This document shows, piece by piece, positions 58,836-64,000 of a stretch of DNA of 64,000 nucleotides. Where the stretch lies: the NCBI GenBank assembly GCA_965223265.1, contig OZ244999.1, positions 6,560,001 through 6,624,000 of the forward strand, given 5' to 3'. Origin of the DNA: Planctomycetota bacterium. GTDB taxonomy: Bacteria > Planctomycetota > UBA8108 > SXIK01. Each line of letters opens with the position of its first letter. Positions within the stretch are counted from its first letter, which is position 1. The notes beneath the pieces are model-generated. The model did no database searches, had not been told where the DNA came from, and saw nothing but the letters and a program-made list of their open reading frames with translations. Both the position numbers and the translations under genes were made by a program.

Positions 58836-59810
58836 CTATCGGCGCCGGACAAGGTCTTCGTCGCACGCTGGAGATTGTCGGCGGACAGGCTCGATGTCAC
58901 GCAAGAATCGGCGCGCGTCCACGGCGTAACCCGCCGTCGGTTTGAGGCCGCTTTTCAATCGGCGCCAATACGCGTTGAAAAGATTCATGTGCAGCTCACG
59001 AAGATACTTCGCAAGCATCGAAGCCAAGGCTACTGGTAGTGAGGACTCCTCACTGCCCTTGCTGAAGTGAACTCGCATCTCTGTTTCATGCCGTCGCCGC
59101 CGAAGTCGGTACACCGAAGTCTCATCGGTTTGTTGGTCGATACTAATACTCTGAGGCTTGATCAGCGTGTAGAGATGCGGCGCGTAGCGCTTACGACCGC
59201 CCTGGCGGTCCACGAAAACGACCACGTCTTCACCAGCAAACTGCTTCCAGAGCCGAGTCAGAAACGCGCCGATGGCTTGAAAAGACACCTCGGCCTTGTT
59301 GCCGCGACTCTCGACGCCACGATTGAACTCGTAGACCTCGATCGGGTAGGACGACAGCCCAACGAACTCGACATTCGCCGCCGTCAGGGTAGCGGCCAGC
59401 TGCGACGCGCGTGAACGAAGGACGCCGCTGAAGGTGTCGACCGGCAAGTCCAGATCGGCGGCCGCATACCACGGGTAGCGTTCAAGGTAAGCGTCTGCTC
59501 GACCCTCGGACGATGGGACGACGGCGCCGAGCAAATCGCGAAACGTCTTCGGAATGGACGCCTCGCGAACGCCTAGAAACGGTAGCACCCCCTCCTCCAA
59601 GTTCTGCAGCCCTTGGCGCTGCTGAAAGAGCTTCTTTGAGTCGTCGATCGGCATCCGGCGTCGATCCGGCCGCCGGCAAACGGCCGCGTCCAGCGCCGCC
59701 CACAGGTCGATGCTGACATCTACGTCCGGAAGACGAAAAACGCTGACCGAAACCACCAGCGGCCCAAGCGTCGGGCCATACCCAGCCTCATCGATTCCCG
59801 CGACGATCAT
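58836..59810 (-). CDS. RNase HII-like protein
   Basis: AGIDEAGYGPTLGPLVV, DDSKKL, VALASMLAKYLRE, AGY. Confidence 0.85.
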   Translation of the reverse strand: MIVAGIDEAGYGPTLGPLVVSVSVFRLPDVDVSIDLWAALDAAVCRRPDRRRMPIDDSKKLFQQRQGLQNLEEGVLPFLGVREASIPKTFRDLLGAVVPSSEGRADAYLERYPWYAAADLDLPVDTFSGVLRSRASQLAATLTAANVEFVGLSSYPIEVYEFNRGVESRGNKAEVSFQAIGAFLTRLWKQFAGEDVVVFVDRQGGRKRYAPHLYTLIKPQSISIDQQTDETSVYRLRRRRHETEMRVHFSKGSEESSLPVALASMLAKYLRELHMNLFNAYWRRLKSGLKPTAGYAVDARRFLRDIEPVRRQSPACDEDLVRRR

Positions 59811-59923
59811 GGCGCCAGGCTAGGGTAGAAGAGCTCACGTTTGCAAGCCCCTTCGCGCCTGTTGCCGTGGATGCTGCCGCGCCTCGCGTTGGTCTCGAGA
59901 TCACCCCACTCCCACGTTCGACG

Positions 59924-60107
59924 CTAGCCCGCCCGAAAAAGTGCTTCGAGCTGAAAACTGGTCGCTTCGCGTCCAGATCGGCCGCGGCGAACGCAGGTAA
60001 TCTCCGAGCCCTCTTCTATAAGATATACACGGCGAGGCTCGCCGCGGCTGATCTGGGCGTGAAGAGGCCGGTATCTCAGCCGAATGACCTTTTCAACGGG
60101 CTGCTAG
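59924..60107. mobile_element. MITE-like element
   Basis: CTAG...GAAAAAGTGCTTCGAGCTGAAAACTGGTCGCTTCGCGTCCAGATC...TTTTCAACGGGCTGCTAG, nearly identical to the 13902 copy. Confidence 0.8.
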
Positions 60108-60338
60108 GCTAGCAGTAGAATCAGATCACATGAGCCGCGCGCAGCCAGATCAAAGGAATCGCGAGATTTCGCATCGCGAGGCCGATAGAATCGCCGCAGC
60201 AGCAATCAGCTCGGCGGCTCCACCGCTATGGGACACTTTCGCCCGAAAAAGAACGCTTAGCAAACATGAGTAAAGATATCGCCCTGCTTTGGCGAAAGTA
60301 CGTCAGACAGACACTCCATCAGCCGTGCGAGAAAAGTC

Positions 60339-60734
60339 ATGACGTACGTCCACGAAACCGAGAAACGCGAGTTCGTCCGCGTCCACACCGATATTCCCGT
60401 GCGATACAAGTTTCTCAGCCATTCGGTGACGATCGACGAGAATGTCTTCGAAGGGACGACGTGCAATATCAGCAGCCACGGTTTGTTGCTGTTCGGCAAA
60501 GTACCGGGAATGAGCTGGATCCCAGGCTTGCTGATGAGCGAAATCCTTCTCGGTCTCAATATTCTTCTACCGTCGCTCGACATGCCCGTGAAAGCGCTTG
60601 CGCGCGTCGCATGGGTGGAATCTTTCGAAAAGGGGAGCGACAAATGCTCGCTGGGCCTGAAGTATCAAGAGATCGGCAAGGAAGCCCAGGACGAGATTCT
60701 GAAGTACATCATCAAGGCGCAAATCAAGCGCTGA
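60339..60734 (+). CDS. PilZ domain protein
   Basis: KREFVR (RxxxR) and NISSHG (D/NxSxxG) motifs, ARVAW. Confidence 0.9.
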   Translation: MTYVHETEKREFVRVHTDIPVRYKFLSHSVTIDENVFEGTTCNISSHGLLLFGKVPGMSWIPGLLMSEILLGLNILLPSLDMPVKALARVAWVESFEKGSDKCSLGLKYQEIGKEAQDEILKYIIKAQIKR

Positions 60735-61327
60735 GCGGCTGGAACGCGCACGTCCTACGCGGCTTCACCCTCCTGATTGTGCTTCTCGTAGCCGCTTGCC
60801 AGGCGAGTAATCGTAGCGGTGACACGGGATCGCGGCGCAGTGGGTCGTCACGGGAAGGCCTGATCGTCTTTCGTGAGGTTCCTTACCAACTGGGTTCAGG
60901 AAGTAACCCACTGCGAAAGCGGTTCTCACCGCAGACGTTCGTCTTCATGACCGACCCGGATGCATCCGACACCTCGGACGTCCAATCTGATCCGAACGTC
61001 CAAGTGACGACGGGTACCGGTTCTAGCGGCGGCCAGGGATTCCGCGCGACGGCAACCCCCATGGTCCGAGTCGTTTCGCCGCAGTCGTTCGCTGACCTGT
61101 GGGACAACCTTGAGGCGACCGGTCTTTTCAAGCTGCCGCGGTACTCAGGTTCCACGCCTCCGAAGGACGCGAGCTATTTCGAGCTCGAGTCCGAGGGGCA
61201 GCGATGGATCTTTCGCCGGCCGAGTGTCCCCTCGGGCGCGAGACTCGACCCCGATTCACCGGAAACTCAAGCTGCACTTCGGTGGCAGCTGGCGACGAGT
61301 ACGATCGTACAATTCATCGCCCGGTAA
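60731..61327 (+). CDS. putative lipoprotein (start uncertain, possibly CTG at 60731)
   Basis: LLIVLLVAA-C lipobox; the track ORF from 60266 overlaps the whole PilZ gene, so the real start should be near 60731. Confidence 0.65.
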   Translation: MSGWNAHVLRGFTLLIVLLVAACQASNRSGDTGSRRSGSSREGLIVFREVPYQLGSGSNPLRKRFSPQTFVFMTDPDASDTSDVQSDPNVQVTTGTGSSGGQGFRATATPMVRVVSPQSFADLWDNLEATGLFKLPRYSGSTPPKDASYFELESEGQRWIFRRPSVPSGARLDPDSPETQAALRWQLATSTIVQFIAR

Positions 61328-61438
61328 TCATCTACGAAGAACGGCGAAGTACGCTCCACGTGCCGCCATTCTCGAGACGTCGCTACTGACGCACACTTCG
61401 CCGTGCTGGTTCGCCATCTTCCTGCAGGCGTTGAGGTC

Positions 61439-64000
61439 TCAGTTGCACGCAGGAAACGCGCCGCAGTCGAGATCATCCGCCGTCGCATCGCTGCCGCAGG
61501 TCGGATACGGACGTGGCAGGGACGGCTTGCTACCGAAAAGGTGCAGAAGAATCCAGATCGAGTCGGTCACCGTAATGCGACCATCGTCCGTCGTGTCCGC
61601 GGCTTTGCGACAGTCTGGAAACGCACCTTCGCGAAAGAGAAAGTCGAGTCCAAAGATGGCGTCTGCGAGATCCACAAAACCGTCCGAGTTGACATCACCA
61701 CGCCGAAAGCGCGTCACCCCACCGTCGGTGTCAACGCGATCAAACGCGAGCACCTGAGCGGTAACGATCGGGTTCAGGTCTCGGTCGAGGTAGCGTGCGA
61801 TGGCCTGTGGCTTCGTGGGCGGCTGCGGCGCTTCAATTTCCACCGCGAACACCTCCGCGTTCGCGCCCGGAAGACTCAACCCTGAGTCGAATAAGACGCG
61901 ATATGTCACGAACGTGTTGTGCCTAAACGACGCGTACACCAGTCTCCAGTAGTCGACAACACGCTCGTAGACCGCCGCCGCCGCGATTTCGCCGGCAACG
62001 AGGCTGGCTGGCCCCGTGCGATTAGGATCAGCGCTCGGCTCAAAGCGCTCCTCGAGACGGACAACGACGCCGCCTTCGAGAAGAAGTTCGATCTCCCAGA
62101 ACGGCAGTGTCTCGTAGGTACACGAGGCGTATGTGATGCTGAGCGGCGGCTCGGAGTCGAGAAATCCGGTCATGAAAAACGATCCGGCAAGGTGACTCTC
62201 GTCGAAGATGAGCGTCGGCTCGCGCGGCACGTCACCGACGGCGCGAAACTCCAGATCCTGGAGATTGATCTCGAAGCGCGACTCCGGCGCGCTAGCCAGA
62301 GTGAACGCCTGCTCATACGTGTAGCGGTAAATCGTCTCCCCGCCTGTCGACGGCCGCTGCGTGACGCGAAAACGTCCCGCGCTCGCCGGCTGGGCGATCT
62401 CCTGGGTTGGCCCAACGCGGACCTCGTCGATGAGGTCGACGCTGACCGTCCCGGGTCGCCCCTCAAGCACGACCTCGCCGCCCTTGAAACGCACGGTGCT
62501 TTTCGTTGCCAGGGCGATGTCCGGATCTGGATTTGGCGCGTTGACGTCGAGCACACCGCAGACCGTCGTGCCCTCAGGAATCTGTAAAGAAAATATCGGC
62601 GTCGGTGTCGCGTCGGTGGTGAGGAGGAACGGTCGCACCTGCTTGACCGCCAACGAACCGTCTGCCTCGACCTTGAACTCCATGTCGAGCAGGATGTCCT
62701 CGCGATCGCGCCCCCCGAGCGTCACCGGGAAGTTCTGGTCAACGTGCCACATGAATCGTCCGAGTTGTCTCAGCTCGTCGTCCGACATCACGAAACGGTC
62801 TGCAGGGACAAGTGTCGAGCGCGTGGCACGAACGATGTTGACGACTTCGCCGTCCACGACTTCGAGGAGCGACTTCTCTGGCAGCACACCCGGCTCCGGG
62901 CTGACGACGCTCTCCTCGCCGATCTGCGCCGTGACGACGAAACGGTCGTCCCCTGGATTGGCGAGATCCCCCGTGAAAGCAACGCCGTTGGCACGTTCGT
63001 CGATGAACGCGCGGCTCGCGAGGATCCCCATGGCGGCGCTCAACTGCGGGATCTGAAAGAAGGCTCGTTCCTCGTGAGCCCGGAACGTCCAAAGACTCGT
63101 CCATACCTTCTTCAGCGCACGCTCGATCGTTCGTTCGTTTCGATTGCCTGCGTCGCAAATCGATGGCCCGGCGTCGTCGCCGTCCAATTGGTCGGCAAGA
63201 CACGCGCCTGTCGACTCATAGAGGCCCGCGCCGTTGAACTCGAGGAGATCCTCGACGTTCGACGATGATCGAAAGCGCACTTTCGTCTCGCGCCCGAAAA
63301 CTTCCTCCATACGAACAGCGATCAGGTCCAACAAAGATGAGGACACAACGCCGGAATCGCGGGCAAAGTCGCGAAACTCATCAAGTGCAGCAAAACGGCG
63401 GCTCGAGTCCGATTGAAATTCAGGCACAGTGGATAGTTCGGCGAGATACTCCTCGTAGGTCACTTGACGACCGGGATCGAGCGGCGACGGGATCGAATTG
63501 CTGCGCATGAACTCCAGGTAATAGCGCATCGGAATGATGAAGCCACGCTCCTGAAATTCGGTGAACTCCGAGTCAAGAATTGTCTGGAGCCTGGCGAGAT
63601 TGCTGCCCTTGCCGCCGTAGCGCGACTCGGGCGAACTCACCGCCGCGAAATCAATGTCCCGCAGACGGTCAAGGCCGGCGTACTCGGCATCGACAGGGTC
63701 CAGCTCTGAGAGCTTTGGACGATTGGATGCCCAAAACTCCTCTGCCTCAGGAAGTTCGGCAGCACGAACGTCGAAAGTACCAGCCGAAACTTCGAGCCGC
63801 ACCAGTTGACCGTCGTAGGGCTCAAAAACGTCGAGGGCGTTCGCAACGAAAGCGTTCGGCGTACCGCGCCGAGCCGTACGGATTGAAACGTGACTGAGCT
63901 GTCCCTGCGGTGTCCCAGTGATCACACCACCAACAACACCTTCGATGTCGCGGGGTGCCTGGTCAATCACCAGGACATCCTGAAACGTGAAAAGCCCGGC
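61439..64000 (-). CDS. PEP/pyruvate-binding (PPDK_N ATP-grasp-like) protein with a C-terminal dockerin-like domain (5' partial)
   Basis: YGGKGSNL, RFRSSSNVEDL..FNGAGLYES, ANGVAFT, DMEFK, KQVRP; FRRGDVNSDG..DLADAI...AADTTDDG...CG.D; frame open to the window end. Confidence 0.88.
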   Translation of the reverse strand, partial: AGLFTFQDVLVIDQAPRDIEGVVGGVITGTPQGQLSHVSIRTARRGTPNAFVANALDVFEPYDGQLVRLEVSAGTFDVRAAELPEAEEFWASNRPKLSELDPVDAEYAGLDRLRDIDFAAVSSPESRYGGKGSNLARLQTILDSEFTEFQERGFIIPMRYYLEFMRSNSIPSPLDPGRQVTYEEYLAELSTVPEFQSDSSRRFAALDEFRDFARDSGVVSSSLLDLIAVRMEEVFGRETKVRFRSSSNVEDLLEFNGAGLYESTGACLADQLDGDDAGPSICDAGNRNERTIERALKKVWTSLWTFRAHEERAFFQIPQLSAAMGILASRAFIDERANGVAFTGDLANPGDDRFVVTAQIGEESVVSPEPGVLPEKSLLEVVDGEVVNIVRATRSTLVPADRFVMSDDELRQLGRFMWHVDQNFPVTLGGRDREDILLDMEFKVEADGSLAVKQVRPFLLTTDATPTPIFSLQIPEGTTVCGVLDVNAPNPDPDIALATKSTVRFKGGEVVLEGRPGTVSVDLIDEVRVGPTQEIAQPASAGRFRVTQRPSTGGETIYRYTYEQAFTLASAPESRFEINLQDLEFRAVGDVPREPTLIFDESHLAGSFFMTGFLDSEPPLSITYASCTYETLPFWEIELLLEGGVVVRLEERFEPSADPNRTGPASLVAGEIAAAAVYERVVDYWRLVYASFRHNTFVTYRVLFDSGLSLPGANAEVFAVEIEAPQPPTKPQAIARYLDRDLNPIVTAQVLAFDRVDTDGGVTRFRRGDVNSDGFVDLADAIFGLDFLFREGAFPDCRKAADTTDDGRITVTDSIWILLHLFGSKPSLPRPYPTCGSDATADDLDCGAFPACN

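Noticed and set aside
60271-60298. TAAA-N16-GGCGAAAG as a sigma-28 promoter of the PilZ gene
   Set aside because: Spacing fits but the -10 box has three mismatches; not supportable without a genome-wide matrix.
60266-60730. N-terminal part of the 353-aa track ORF
   Set aside because: Overlaps the whole PilZ gene in another frame; only the lipoprotein part looks real.

Overview
GC-rich bacterial chromosomal window, most likely from a Planctomycetota lineage (inferred from the FRRGDxNxDG dockerin-like C-terminus, the FlgM type, the HEAT/TPR/kinase repertoire and the MglAB module). Main blocks: (1) a partial PilB/GspE ATPase gene and lepB; (2) an Mgl-type polarity module (STAS-PP2C, DUF4388-TPR-PEGA-PQQ protein, TPR-roadblock, roadblock, MglA with a C-terminal transmembrane tail, and MglB apparently starting at a non-canonical codon); (3) a HEAT-repeat protein with an acidic tandem-repeat tail, and larC; (4) a compact flagellum-derived type III export cluster (fliF-G-H-I-J-N-O-P-Q-R-flhB-flhA-flhF-flhG-fliA) with no rod, hook, stator, fliM or fliE genes and an FlhB lacking its NPTH autocleavage domain, plus a distant flgM with a sigma-28 consensus promoter; (5) a MerR-like HTH gene, a dynamin-like GTPase, an RnpA-YidD fusion and lolCDE-like genes; (6) signalling genes (FHA-GAF-degenerate HD-GYP, two Ser/Thr kinases, PilZ); (7) PEP-CTERM, ManA, a carboxypeptidase-regulatory-repeat protein, a TPR metallopeptidase, an RNase HII-like gene and a PPDK_N-dockerin fusion. 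Five copies of a short palindromic MITE-like element lie in intergenic gaps. I saw no rRNA, tRNA or CRISPR. The best candidate for a new system is the stripped-down, switchless flagellar export apparatus with FlhFG/FliA/FlgM retained, next to a membrane-anchored Mgl module. All functional calls come from motif recognition by eye; no database search was run.
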